Shown: positions 52,364 to 62,341, counted from the stretch's first letter. The stretch is DNA of 64,000 nt from a bacterium (GCA_035527835.1 DATKZS010000140.1:72027-136026); one strand, 5' to 3'. The notes: a model not told the origin generated them from the sequence alone. Translations and numbers: made by a program.

Positions 52364-52534
52364 GGAGGCCAATTTATATATATATAAATTGGCCTCCAAG
52401 AATTTACATTTCATGTAATATATATATTACATGAAAAAAATGACCTTGTCAATAAAAATGTGATAACATCCCATTGTTTCATCAAAAATTCTTTTTATGC
52501 CATTCATTTTTTATTATATATATATAATAAAAAA
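52364..52534. promoter_or_regulatory. three perfect AT-rich palindromes (34, 28 and 28 bp)
   Basis: ggaggccaatttatatatatataaattggcctcc; tttcatgtaatatatatattacatgaaa; ttttttattatatatatataataaaaaa. Confidence 0.6.
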
Positions 52535-52587
52535 CAAACAATGTCAAGATCGATAATGTGATGAAGATAACTAACCTACTTAACTTT

Positions 52588-53421
52588 CTACCGGTAATTG
52601 ATCCTCCCCAGCCGCTCGATGGTCTTGTCCAGGAAGGCCGGGTCCTCCACCACCACCTCGATGGCCTCTTCCGGGCAAAGCGACGCGCAACGGCCGCAGC
52701 CGCGGCAGATGTCCGGGTTGATCACGGCGCGGCCGTCCTCCATGCTCAGCGCCATGAAGATGCAGGCATCCTCGCACTCGCCGCAGCCCACGCAGTCCTC
52801 CGTCACCCGGACCTCGACCCCCGGCATCCGCGAATATTTTTCGCCCAGCACCGGGTGCGAATAGGGCACGGTCCGGGCAATACAGCAGCACGGACAGCAG
52901 TTGCAGATGGTGAGCAGCCGGTCGGGCGGGCCCACATTGAGCCAGACCGGGTCAATTCCGCTGCGGCCGACCGCGTGGACCAGCCCCGCCTCCCGCGCCC
53001 GGCGGGCATGGTCCAGCGCCTCGTCCACGGTGGCCTCCCGCCCCAGCTCCGGATGGATCTTCTTGGCCGCGTCCCCCAAAAACAGGCAGCCCAGCTCGAT
53101 CGGGTAGTCCCGGCACTGCATCGCCTCCCGGCAGATGCAGAAATTCATGAGCACCCGGTGGCTCGCGTTCCGGATCACGTGCTCCACCGCCTGGGAAGGA
53201 AGCACCAGGTCCGGCTGCTTCTCAATGGCCACGCCGATCTTGATCACGTTGTCCTGGGGCAGGCAGATGATGTCGTCGTGCTTGAACAACTGTTCCATCA
53301 TCTTGGCCACTTCCGGCTGATGCGTGGCGTTGTCGTGCGACAGCCGCTTCGGAAAATTATCAATGTACCCCTGGATCCGCTTCCTCACCCCTGCATCCAT
53401 GATCCGATCAACAATGCCCAT
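52588..53421 (-). CDS. Cys-rich 4Fe-4S dicluster ferredoxin-domain protein
   Basis: CVGCGECEDAC and CRGCGRCASLCP ferredoxin motifs plus unusual CNCCPCCC. Confidence 0.6.
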   Translation of the reverse strand: MGIVDRIMDAGVRKRIQGYIDNFPKRLSHDNATHQPEVAKMMEQLFKHDDIICLPQDNVIKIGVAIEKQPDLVLPSQAVEHVIRNASHRVLMNFCICREAMQCRDYPIELGCLFLGDAAKKIHPELGREATVDEALDHARRAREAGLVHAVGRSGIDPVWLNVGPPDRLLTICNCCPCCCIARTVPYSHPVLGEKYSRMPGVEVRVTEDCVGCGECEDACIFMALSMEDGRAVINPDICRGCGRCASLCPEEAIEVVVEDPAFLDKTIERLGRINYR

Positions 53422-53461
53422 GAATTCCCCTCCAAGACCAACGTGTATTGTGGAACGTTTT

Positions 53462-54619
53462 TTAACCCGCCGCCTTCCTCTTCCTCATCCCCATCACCAC
53501 CAGCGCCGCGAACGCCCCCACCGCCACCACCACCAGCGGGACCCCGATCAGCGGCCGGTAAAAAATCCACGCCACCGAGATAGTGAGCAGAGACAGCGCC
53601 AGGCTCATGAGCAGCGCGAACACAAACACCCCGGCGCCCAGCATGCTCCCGAAGAGCGGCACCACGTCCGCCACCGTCACCAGCGGCCTGAAGATCATGG
53701 TGATCCCGATCAACATCGCCACGAACCCGCCCAGCCGGATCAGCCACGCGATCATGACGTTCTGCTGCTTCGCCGTCTCGAACATCGCCTGCGCCGTGTG
53801 CGTCCCCACCTGCAACAGCTCGATGCTCCCCGTGTCCATCTGATACGGCTCGAACGTGCCCTTCACCTGCTCCGACACCAGGCTCACCACCGTGGGCAGA
53901 GCCGCCTCGTACTTCACCCGGATGTCCCCGATCGCCGGCTCCGTAGGTTCCTGGCCCACGTAAAACCACTCGCCCGCCAGCTTCACCTCTTTGCGAAGAC
54001 CACCCGGCACCTTCTTCAGCGCCGCGTCGTCGAGCGGCACTTCGCTCCAGTTGTCAATCCCGCCAACCAGACCCGGGCTCAGCGTGAACGCCCCCACCGC
54101 CACCTTGCCCGCCGTCCATTCCTCCCCCTGGAACCGCATCGTGCCCGGGTTCTGGTGCCCGCTCGAATGCTCGAAACGGCTAGAGTCTATACGGCTCTCC
54201 GACCACTTCTTGTCATAGGTATAGGTCGTGGTCGTCTCCTTTTTCCCGCCGGTGGTGGTCTTGGTCTGCTCGTGCTTCTCCTCCTGCCACTGGTACATCT
54301 CCGCCACCCGTTTCAGCTTGATCGCGTTCAGCGCCACCCCGAATTCCGCGTCCTTGAGCGTGTCGTCCGTCACCGCGTCGCCCGTCATGTGCACCAGCTT
54401 GCCGTCGTTGCCGGCGTCAACCTGGTCCGCCGCCACCGTCACCACCATGCCCTGGCCGGCCTCCAACGTCTTCGCCCGCTTCACCGTCCGGCCCTCGTTC
54501 CAGAACAGCCCCCCGAACGACGCCAGCACCAGCACCACGCCGATGATCACGCTCGTGAACGACTCCCGGATCCGGCTCCCATAACCCTGGGTTGTTACCT
54601 TGGTGAATGTGTCGGCCAT
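53462..54619 (-). CDS. TMEM43/DUF1625-family membrane protein
   Basis: N-terminal TM, large soluble region, C-terminal TM cluster; start trimmed to MADTF with rbs GGAGGG. Confidence 0.55.
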   Translation of the reverse strand: MADTFTKVTTQGYGSRIRESFTSVIIGVVLVLASFGGLFWNEGRTVKRAKTLEAGQGMVVTVAADQVDAGNDGKLVHMTGDAVTDDTLKDAEFGVALNAIKLKRVAEMYQWQEEKHEQTKTTTGGKKETTTTYTYDKKWSESRIDSSRFEHSSGHQNPGTMRFQGEEWTAGKVAVGAFTLSPGLVGGIDNWSEVPLDDAALKKVPGGLRKEVKLAGEWFYVGQEPTEPAIGDIRVKYEAALPTVVSLVSEQVKGTFEPYQMDTGSIELLQVGTHTAQAMFETAKQQNVMIAWLIRLGGFVAMLIGITMIFRPLVTVADVVPLFGSMLGAGVFVFALLMSLALSLLTISVAWIFYRPLIGVPLVVVAVGAFAALVVMGMRKRKAAG

Positions 54620-54840
54620 GATAATCCCTCCTTGATTAGATGAGTTGAGCGACGCTCCCGAAATCTTTCTCGCGCAGGTCCGGGGCCTGTAGCCCGTTAC
54701 CGCTGGAAATCCCCTGCTAACGGTCTGTTGCGCCCGCCGGCCAAGAGCCTGCCACCCGGGCACGATTTAAATTGTAAATCAACTCTCAACCCCGGCGCAA
54801 CCATTTTGCGAAGGGTGAGAGCGAAATATTTTTTCTCTCT

Positions 54841-54875
54841 CCAGCCTTGGCGGCCTTGGCGTCTTGGCGGTTCTC
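54841..54875. repeat. solo arm of the CGCCAAG word family
   Basis: ccagccttggcggccttggcgtcttggcggttctc. Confidence 0.5.
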
Positions 54876-54920
54876 TTCAGCCCGTTTTCCTGGAGGTGTT
54901 AATTGCTCGGACGGAAATCC

Positions 54921-56255
54921 ATGAAGGACAAGGTTAAAGCGCTGGAGCTGAAGCTCGCCCGGGCCGAGGAGTACATCACCGACGTGCTCACCTTCAAGGC
55001 CGGCGAGAAGGCAACCTCGCTCGCATCGGCGATTAACCCATACTCGAGCCGCGAGAAGCTGGTGGCCGAGCTGGTGATGAAATACAAGGGATACGCCAAA
55101 GCCGGCAACCAGCTCATCCAGCGCATCGTGGACACCCGCGCCGCCTTCACCATGGCCTCCGGCCTCTCCGCGCGGCCGATGGTGGGGCCGACACTCCTGT
55201 CGGCCAGGGGCCGCGGGGACAAGAGTGTCCCTGCCACCGCTGGCGCGGCCGAGCTCGAGTTCATCCGCCGCTTGATCCGCCAGAACCAGCTCGACGGCCA
55301 GTTCGGCCAGCAGCTCGCCGTGGAAAAGGAGCTGGAGGGACAGGTCCTGCTCACCCTCGATTACCGGCCCGGGGACGACGCCGTGCTCATCCGCTTCATC
55401 TCCTGGAACGACACCCACTACCAAGTCTGCTATGCCGACGAGACCTACGCCGAGATCAAGGCCATCACCTACGAGACCGACGACAACGTGACCGTGCGCG
55501 TTCCGACCGAGCGCGCCGTGTTCATCAAGTTCAACGCCCGCATCCACTCGCGGGAGGGCGTGCCCGCGCTCTCCGGCCTGTTGCCCGAAGCCGAAGACAT
55601 TGACTTGGCCCTGCGTGACTGGCGCAAAATCAATCGCTTCTTCGCCTCGCCCACTCCCTACTTCAAGACCGCCGACATCCAGGAGGCCAGGGACCTCTAC
55701 GACCGCCTGCTCGCGCCCGGAGTGGACTGGAGGATCGGAAAGGTCTTCTGCGGACCCGCCGAGTTCTCGCTGGTCGGAATGAACGACCAGGGCTTCGAGT
55801 CCATCCAGCGCGAGATCGAGACCAAGGTCAAAATCCTGGCTGGCGGCGCCGGAGTGCCCGTCCAGTTCCTGGGCTTCCCCGAGTTCATGTCCAACCGCGC
55901 CACCGCCGAAAACACCATGGAGCCGGTCGCCCTCATCTCCGTCTCCGAGCAGCGCTCCTGGCTCGGCGGGTTCTCCGAGCTCTTCAACAAGGCCATAACC
56001 CTCAGAAACGATTTGGCGCCCGCGGGGTCGGACCGTCTCGAACCCGGCAGGGTCGCGCCCGTCATGCGCTTCGTCACCCGCGAAAAAATCGAGCAGCTCC
56101 GCGACCTCTACCTCCCCCTCTGGCAGTCCGGCGCCATCCCCCTGGAAACGCTCCTCAAGCTGCTGCCCGAATCCGATGCGGATAACGCCGACCCCATTGA
56201 ATCCGAGATGAAGGGGCCGCCTTCCGAAACCCCGAAAGGGGTGGGAGATGAGTAG
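54921..56255 (+). CDS. putative phage portal protein
   Basis: About 445 aa; position immediately upstream of protease/scaffold, DUF2190 and major capsid; no strong motif. Confidence 0.5.
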   Translation: MKDKVKALELKLARAEEYITDVLTFKAGEKATSLASAINPYSSREKLVAELVMKYKGYAKAGNQLIQRIVDTRAAFTMASGLSARPMVGPTLLSARGRGDKSVPATAGAAELEFIRRLIRQNQLDGQFGQQLAVEKELEGQVLLTLDYRPGDDAVLIRFISWNDTHYQVCYADETYAEIKAITYETDDNVTVRVPTERAVFIKFNARIHSREGVPALSGLLPEAEDIDLALRDWRKINRFFASPTPYFKTADIQEARDLYDRLLAPGVDWRIGKVFCGPAEFSLVGMNDQGFESIQREIETKVKILAGGAGVPVQFLGFPEFMSNRATAENTMEPVALISVSEQRSWLGGFSELFNKAITLRNDLAPAGSDRLEPGRVAPVMRFVTREKIEQLRDLYLPLWQSGAIPLETLLKLLPESDADNADPIESEMKGPPSETPKGVGDE

Positions 56256-56453
56256 CCGTAGGTGCAACCTACGGAACCGCGCCACCTTGGGTTCCAACCC
56301 TGAAGGGGTTGAACCGAAGGCGGCCGCAATGTTCGACCCCTTCAGGGTCGGGATGCTTTTGACCACGTTTCCGGGGGGTTCACGCCCCGGCTACTCATAT
56401 CTTTCCCCTTCGGGGAAATAGCCGGGACAGCAATCATTACTGAGGTTAATTCC

Positions 56454-57470
56454 ATGACCACCACCACCCTAAAAGATAGCTCCCTCGTCGTCATCCTCTC
56501 CAAGATCGAGGAGATGAGCATGGACGACGTGCGCGGAAGGATCGGCGCCGCGAGGTTCAGCGCGCTCCACGGCGCCGATGAGCGCCCCATGTTCGTCACG
56601 CTCCTGGCCGGGCACGAGGGCTGGTCCACCGGCAGCCTTACCGCCGGCGCCGGCCCCAAGCGCAAGGCCAGGAAGAGATGGGCGCGCGCCGTGATCAGCG
56701 AGCTTGCTCATAAGCTCCGCTCCGGCGTCCCGGTGTTCCTGTTTCACGGAGGGAGCCGCGGGCGCAGGCCGGTGGGTGAGATCGTGGCCGCGGCCGAGCG
56801 CTGGGTCAAGGGCGTGCTGGGCGCGGAGGGACTCGCCTACATCAGCGATCCCGAGGTAAAAGAGAGGATCAAGGCGGGCGAGCTGGACACCTGCTCCATC
56901 GAGGCGGAGGTCGAGTGCCACCGCGACCCGCGGGCCCCGGGCGATTCCTGGATCGTGGACACGGTGCGCAAGGTCACCGGCGTCGCCCTCGGCGATTCCC
57001 GCTTGGTGAGGCCCGGCTTCCCCGGCGCCGCGCTCCTGGCCGCGGTCGAGGAATTCGAGGCCGACGGCAACAACGCCGGCGCGGAAGCCGAGAAAATTTC
57101 CGCCCTCGAAGCCAGGCTGAAGAGCCGGGACGATGAACTGCAATCGCTCTCCGCCGAGCTCGCGGCCGTAAAGGCGCGCGACGAAGAGTCGAGGCGCTCG
57201 CGGGAAGCAGGGTCGCGCGCCGAAAAGATCCTGGCCGGAAAAAACGTAAGCCACGCCGAGCGCTCGATCATCCTGGACGAGATCAAAAAACGCCCGCCCG
57301 CCGGAAGCGACCTGGAAACAGCCGTCAGCGCCCGCGTCGAAGACGAGCTCCAGAAAATCTCCCGCCTGCGCGAGCTATGGGCCAGGGAGCGCGTCGCGGC
57401 GCCGCCGGAAAAAATCAGCTCCGATTCCATGCAACACAACCCCCTCATCCCCCGGACCAAAGGATGGTGA
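56454..57470 (+). CDS. putative prohead protease/scaffolding protein
   Basis: N-terminal globular domain plus C-terminal coiled-coil (ALEARLKSRDDELQSL...); position between portal and capsid. Confidence 0.5.
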   Translation: MTTTTLKDSSLVVILSKIEEMSMDDVRGRIGAARFSALHGADERPMFVTLLAGHEGWSTGSLTAGAGPKRKARKRWARAVISELAHKLRSGVPVFLFHGGSRGRRPVGEIVAAAERWVKGVLGAEGLAYISDPEVKERIKAGELDTCSIEAEVECHRDPRAPGDSWIVDTVRKVTGVALGDSRLVRPGFPGAALLAAVEEFEADGNNAGAEAEKISALEARLKSRDDELQSLSAELAAVKARDEESRRSREAGSRAEKILAGKNVSHAERSIILDEIKKRPPAGSDLETAVSARVEDELQKISRLRELWARERVAAPPEKISSDSMQHNPLIPRTKGW

Positions 57471-57514
57471 AGGAAAAATGATGAGTGGTCCGAGAAAATC
57501 CGCCGCCGTTTCCA

Positions 57515-57710
57515 GCCCCGGAGGGGCGGACGATAGTAGCCCAGCGATTCATCGCTGGGTGGGCTGGCCACCCTCGTGTACCAAGTCCCGGAGGGACGAC
57601 CGATATTTCGTCCGTCCCTGACGGGACTTGGTGGTTATCAGGTCACAAGTCCCCAGGAATAAATTCCTGGGCTACTCTCGGCCGTCCCTACGGGACTTCA
57701 AGATCATTAG
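57515..57710. repeat. triple-hairpin element, tandem copies C1 (+) and C2 (-)
   Basis: cccagcgattcatcgctggg, gtcccggagggac, gtccctgacgggac, ccccaggaataaattcctggg, gtccctacgggac. Confidence 0.7.
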
Positions 57711-57723
57711 CAAGGAGGAAAAC

Positions 57724-58089
57724 ATGGTCACCGAAACCGGACTGAAACTGCGGACCAAGCTGGAGAGCGCGAAGACGTTGCGCGCCGTGAACGAATCCAC
57801 CACCGACACCCTGGACGCCGGCGCCATGACGGTAGTGGGCGACACCATCGGCCTGGTGGTCGAGGAAGCCGCGCCCGGCGCGGAGTTCGTGCTGGTGTAC
57901 GAGGCCGAGAAGGTCGTGGCGCCCAAGGCCGACGCCGCCGTCTTCGCACCCGGCGACGTCGTGTACTACGACCCAGCGGCGGGCGACGTCACCGACGTGT
58001 CCACCAGCAACACCAAATGCGGCCGCGCCCTCGAAGCCGCCGGCACCTCCGACGAAGAGGCCCTCATTGACCTGATCGTGCTCGGGTGA
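57724..58089 (+). CDS. DUF2190-family phage head protein
   Basis: 121 aa; Ala/Val-rich; typical location upstream of the major capsid gene. Confidence 0.5.
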   Translation: MVTETGLKLRTKLESAKTLRAVNESTTDTLDAGAMTVVGDTIGLVVEEAAPGAEFVLVYEAEKVVAPKADAAVFAPGDVVYYDPAAGDVTDVSTSNTKCGRALEAAGTSDEEALIDLIVLG

Positions 58090-58105
58090 AAAGAAACATT
58101 CATTT

Positions 58106-58188
58106 AACCGCAGAGACGCAGAGAACGCGGAGAATGTAGAAAAAATAATAAAAAAATATTTCTTTGCGTTCTCTGCGCCTCTGCGGTT
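58106..58188. terminator. word-repeat hairpin (CGCAGAG words)
   Basis: aaccgcagagacgcagagaacgcggagaa ... tctttgcgttctctgcgcctctgcggtt. Confidence 0.7.
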
Positions 58189-58233
58189 TAAAAAAAATCC
58201 GCGGTTCAAAAAAACTCGACAAAGGAGAAGAAC

Positions 58234-59238
58234 ATGAAAGGAAACATGATCGCCGATTGGAAGAAAGCGGAATTCGGCACGTCCGAGGGCAGCCGCCAGT
58301 TCCTGGAAGCCGTGCAGTATTTCATGAGCCGGCCGCGGGTGGCCGCCGACGAGATCAGGGCCCGGATCGCCGAGTTCACCGTGCCCGGCGACTTCCCCGC
58401 CGACGCGGTCGAGGCCATCGCCCGCTTCCACCAGGTGGACGACCCCGACACCGGATGGATGGAGGTCTTCGACGTCATTGACTTCACCGGCACCAGGAAG
58501 AACAGCTTCGACCTCATTGACGTGTCCTCCGGCCTCTCCTTCCGCGCGGTCAAGCCCGGCGAGAAGGCCCAGGTCTACAAGGTCTCCGGCGACAAGGTCA
58601 GCGTGGACTTCGACCTCTACGGCGGCGCGCTGGGCTGGTCCAAGCTCTGGTTCGACGACGAGGAGTACTGGAAAATCGAGGACGCGGCCAAGGAGTTTCG
58701 CGCCCGCTGGTACATGAACCAGGCCCAGTCGCACTACGACCTCATCTCGGGCGCCCGCGCCGACTCCGACGTGGCCTGGCAGGGAACCGAGGACGACGAC
58801 ACCGCCGTGCGCGACGCCGCCACCATCAACCAAGCCTGCGCCGACATCCTGGCCGACATGCAGGGCCTGGGGTTTGACGTGAACGCCAACTCCACCTTCG
58901 TGGTGGTGAGTCCGGTCCAGCTCCTGTCAAGGCTCCGGAACGCACTCCGTGTCGCGCTGCTCGGCAACTCCGCCGTCACCGGCGACCTCGGCGAGGTCAA
59001 TTTCAACGTCAAGCTCGTGGTCACCACCCGCCTCAAGAACCAGGCGCTCACCGCGGCCGAGACCGCCCAGTACTTCGTGGCGCTCCCCGGACGCAAGATC
59101 AAGAGCGGCAACCGCATGGACCTCACCATCCTCTCCGAGACCGACGTCCTGGCCTACGCCGAGACCGTGGCCGGATGGGGAAGATACGGCGCTCTCGTCG
59201 GCGAGCAAAAGCAGCTCCGCCGCTGCGCCACGTCCTGA
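58234..59238 (+). CDS. phage major capsid protein
   Basis: 334 aa; position and size; follows DUF2190. Confidence 0.6.
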   Translation: MKGNMIADWKKAEFGTSEGSRQFLEAVQYFMSRPRVAADEIRARIAEFTVPGDFPADAVEAIARFHQVDDPDTGWMEVFDVIDFTGTRKNSFDLIDVSSGLSFRAVKPGEKAQVYKVSGDKVSVDFDLYGGALGWSKLWFDDEEYWKIEDAAKEFRARWYMNQAQSHYDLISGARADSDVAWQGTEDDDTAVRDAATINQACADILADMQGLGFDVNANSTFVVVSPVQLLSRLRNALRVALLGNSAVTGDLGEVNFNVKLVVTTRLKNQALTAAETAQYFVALPGRKIKSGNRMDLTILSETDVLAYAETVAGWGRYGALVGEQKQLRRCATS

Positions 59239-59242
59239 AGAG

Positions 59243-59320
59243 AGTAGCAAGGGACCAGTAGCCAGTAGCCAGGAAAAAAGCTCTTAAGCCCTGGCTACTG
59301 GCTACGAGCTACTAACTACT
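59243..59320. terminator. word-repeat hairpin (CAGTAGC words)
   Basis: agtagcaagggaccagtagccagtagccagg ... cctggctactggctacgagctactaactact. Confidence 0.65.
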
Positions 59321-59332
59321 TAAGGAGTTTTC

Positions 59333-60007
59333 ATGAACCTCGCCATCTGCATCCCCATAAGCTGGGACTACGTGCCCACGCCCTTCCTGGTGAGCCTCAC
59401 CCAGCTCCTCCGGCCGGGGACGCTCAAGGCCATCAGAAGCTTCGGCATCGAGCGCTACTTTTACCTCATCAACCGCGCCTTCCCCCTCGATTACAACCGC
59501 AATACCCTGGTGAAAAAGGCCCTCGAGCTCGACGCCGACTGGGTCCTCTTCCTCGACGCCGACATGACATTCCCCCCGGACCTCGTCCCCGCCCTGCTTC
59601 GCGACTCCCTGGCCTCCGGCGCCGTCATCGTCTCCGCATGTTACTTCAAGAAGCTCCCGCCCCATCCCTGCGTGAGCGCGGTCCGCAAAACGCCGGACGA
59701 CCCCCAGCTCCTGACCCCGATCGAGGCCGGAAATAATGGCCTGGCGGAATGCGACGTCATCGGCCTGGGTGCGGCCCTCATCCATTGCTCGGTCTTTGAT
59801 TCGATACCCTATCCCTGGTTCGAGTACGAGGTCTATCAAAAGACCGGCGAGCGCACGGTCACCGAGGACGTGCCGTTCTGCGGGAAGGCCAAAGAGGCGG
59901 GCTTTTCCATTCTCACCGACACCCGCCTGGTCTGCGGCCATATCCGGCAGATGGAGATTGACGACTCGCACTGGCGCGCCTGCAGGGAAAGCGCTCTGGG
60001 AAAATAG
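59333..60007 (+). CDS. GT-A fold (family 2-like) glycosyltransferase
   Basis: LFLDADMTFPPD DxD motif. Confidence 0.6.
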   Translation: MNLAICIPISWDYVPTPFLVSLTQLLRPGTLKAIRSFGIERYFYLINRAFPLDYNRNTLVKKALELDADWVLFLDADMTFPPDLVPALLRDSLASGAVIVSACYFKKLPPHPCVSAVRKTPDDPQLLTPIEAGNNGLAECDVIGLGAALIHCSVFDSIPYPWFEYEVYQKTGERTVTEDVPFCGKAKEAGFSILTDTRLVCGHIRQMEIDDSHWRACRESALGK

Positions 60008-60020
60008 GCCGTTGGGAAAT

Positions 60021-60134
60021 TTAACGCAGATGAACGCAGATAAACACAGATAAGAAGAAAGCAGCAAGAATTAAAAAGCAATGAGAAATGGGAACAAGAA
60101 ATTCTTATCTGCGTTAATCTGCGTTCATCTGCGG
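60021..60134. terminator. word-repeat hairpin (GCAGATGAAC words)
   Basis: ttaacgcagatgaacgcagataaacacagataagaa ... ttcttatctgcgttaatctgcgttcatctgcgg. Confidence 0.7.
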
Positions 60135-60157
60135 CAAAAAAAAATAAGAGGACCATC

Positions 60158-61552
60158 ATGCCTGTATTGCTGATTATAAATCGCGACGACGCCTTCCTGC
60201 CGCGGGGCTGGGTCTCCGCCGTCCTGCCCGATGACGCGGTCCCGAGCGACTACGAAAGAAACGGCGGCCTGTTCCAGGCGGTGTCCGTGCCCGACGGCCC
60301 GGCCCTTGCCAAAAGGGCCGCGGGAGCGCCGTTGTCCCTGTCCGCCAGGGCCCTGATCTTCGAGAACGGCGAGCTCCGGGAAATCGGGCAGCCGCGCGAG
60401 CTGATCCGGAAGCGCATTGCGACACTAGGCCCGGCGCTTAAGCCGGTCTTCGGCCCGGACGCCCTGGACCGCTCCCACTCCACGGTCTGGGACTACGGCC
60501 CGGGCCGGACCTACAGCACGCCGCAGGCGGCCTTTGACGCGCTGCTGGCCCAGGTCGGCGCGGACCCGTTTACCGAGATCCACTATGTCCGCGGCTTTGC
60601 CGGGACCTATGGCCAGGGGCCCTCTGGCTACGTGCTGTATCTGTCCACCGTGGCGCCGTCCGCCCGCTTCCCGCTGGTGGTGGACATCGAGCCCGCCGCG
60701 GCGGTCTCCTGGGACGGCGGGGGAGGAGACGCCTGCCTCCTCTCCTGCGCCGTGAGTCACGTCCGGGTCCGGGACCTCAAGCTGGTCAACGCCTACGGAG
60801 GCATCGCTCCCTCCGACTGGTTCATCAAGACCCGGGACTGGCTCGTGGAAAGGGTCGAGGCCGGCAGCCCTGACTCCACCATGCAAGTCGCCGTATGCAC
60901 ACTTATGACCGACCATGTCATCGTCCGCCATTGCGACTTCCACCACCTGTCCTCCTGCGCCGTGGGAGGCGTCTCTGGTTTTGCAAACAATGAGCCCGTC
61001 ACCGTCGAGATCAGCGGCACCCGGATCAAAGACTGCGGCCAGGGAATCTACAACAACCTGAGCGCGACCTTCCTCCTGGCCAATAACACCATTCACGCGG
61101 CCTCATACGGCTTCAACCACGACGGATCGAGGCCCCTGATGCTCGCCGCCATGATCAACAACGTCTTCGTCGCCGCGGACCCCGCTTATATCTCGATCTA
61201 CGCTCACGGCCTGGAGCTCGGCGACTTCAAGGTCCTGCGCTCCGACGGCAACCGCTTTCATCCTGATTCCTCCAACAACGTGGCCTGCCTGCCCGGAAAC
61301 GATCTCGACCTCCCCGCCTGGCGCGCCTGGTTCGGAGGCGATGAGCGCTCGATCACCGCCGACCCTCTGCTCGACTCCGAGCTCGTGCCCCTGCCCGGCA
61401 GCCCCTGCCTCGGCGCCGGAGTGAGCCTTGACGACACCGGAGAGAGCGGGAAAAGAAGGGCCGAGTCCGTGGACATGGGACATGAGCAGATCACCGCCAG
61501 GGTCCCCTCCATAACGGTCCGGCGAGAGCCGGAGATAGCGAGGAAAAAATGA
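60158..61552 (+). CDS. right-handed parallel beta-helix repeat protein (fibre/tailspike-like)
   Basis: Repeated beta-helix-like segments (IVRHCDFHH.., NNTIHAASYGFNHDG, NNVFVAADPAYISIY). Confidence 0.5.
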   Translation: MPVLLIINRDDAFLPRGWVSAVLPDDAVPSDYERNGGLFQAVSVPDGPALAKRAAGAPLSLSARALIFENGELREIGQPRELIRKRIATLGPALKPVFGPDALDRSHSTVWDYGPGRTYSTPQAAFDALLAQVGADPFTEIHYVRGFAGTYGQGPSGYVLYLSTVAPSARFPLVVDIEPAAAVSWDGGGGDACLLSCAVSHVRVRDLKLVNAYGGIAPSDWFIKTRDWLVERVEAGSPDSTMQVAVCTLMTDHVIVRHCDFHHLSSCAVGGVSGFANNEPVTVEISGTRIKDCGQGIYNNLSATFLLANNTIHAASYGFNHDGSRPLMLAAMINNVFVAADPAYISIYAHGLELGDFKVLRSDGNRFHPDSSNNVACLPGNDLDLPAWRAWFGGDERSITADPLLDSELVPLPGSPCLGAGVSLDDTGESGKRRAESVDMGHEQITARVPSITVRREPEIARKK

Positions 61553-62325
61553 ACACGCTCCCCAGATACATGAAAGGCTCCAGGGCCCGCTTCGACTTCC
61601 GAGTGCCCGACGGGCTCGGCCACTGGGTCTTTCCCGACTGGGACGACCCGGACCTCAAAGTCGAGTTCCGCGACAGCGACGGCACGCTCCGGGCCACCGC
61701 GGTAGTGGGCGGAGAGCTGCCATTGAGCCAGGGCAATGACTATGACGAGAGCGCCAATCCTGACGGCGGGCCGTTCGTGGCGGTGGAGGGCATTGATCTC
61801 ACATCGTTCGCGCTGGGCACGGCGGAGGCCTGGGTTTACGCCCGGGCCGGAGGGGCCGCAGTTCAGCCGTATCCTTCCATCCTGGCCGCGTTCGAGGTGG
61901 TGGCCGGAGCGGCCCAGGGCCCGCTCTACACCTCGGTGGACCGCGTGCGTCTGGACGGGCCGGGAACATGGCCGGAGTCCGTGACCGATGAGATGATTAC
62001 CATGGCCATCGCCGACGCCTCCCGCAAGATGGACGCCTTCCTGCGCACCTGCTATGCCACGCCCTTCCCCGACATCGGCGACGAACCGGCCACCCCCGAG
62101 ATCCTCGAGAGCATCTGCCGAAAGCTCGCGCTCAACCAGTGCATGCTCTGGATGGGACGGGTCAACGCCACCGCGGAAGAAGTGGACAACATCCGGCAGG
62201 ACGCCATGTCCGAGCTCATGTACCTCGTGCCCGCCCTCGGCCGCTCGCCCATCATCCGCCTGCCCGGCTATACCGGACCCGTCTCCGTATATCGCGGAGA
62301 GCTCGGAAGGAGCGATGACGCGTGA
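61549..62325 (+). CDS. DUF1320 (Mu gp36-like) head-tail connector protein with N-terminal extension
   Basis: C-terminal region resembles DUF1320 (VTDEMITMAIADASRKMDAFLRTCYATPFP...). Confidence 0.5.
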   Translation: MNTLPRYMKGSRARFDFRVPDGLGHWVFPDWDDPDLKVEFRDSDGTLRATAVVGGELPLSQGNDYDESANPDGGPFVAVEGIDLTSFALGTAEAWVYARAGGAAVQPYPSILAAFEVVAGAAQGPLYTSVDRVRLDGPGTWPESVTDEMITMAIADASRKMDAFLRTCYATPFPDIGDEPATPEILESICRKLALNQCMLWMGRVNATAEEVDNIRQDAMSELMYLVPALGRSPIIRLPGYTGPVSVYRGELGRSDDA

Positions 62326-62341
62326 AGCCGGTCGGGTTTTT

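Noticed and set aside
11449-60134. Possible CRISPR arrays suggested by tandem short repeats
   Set aside because: The repeats are 7-10 nt words arranged as inverted arms of hairpins with an AT loop. There are no 25-40 nt direct repeats separated by unique spacers and no cas genes.
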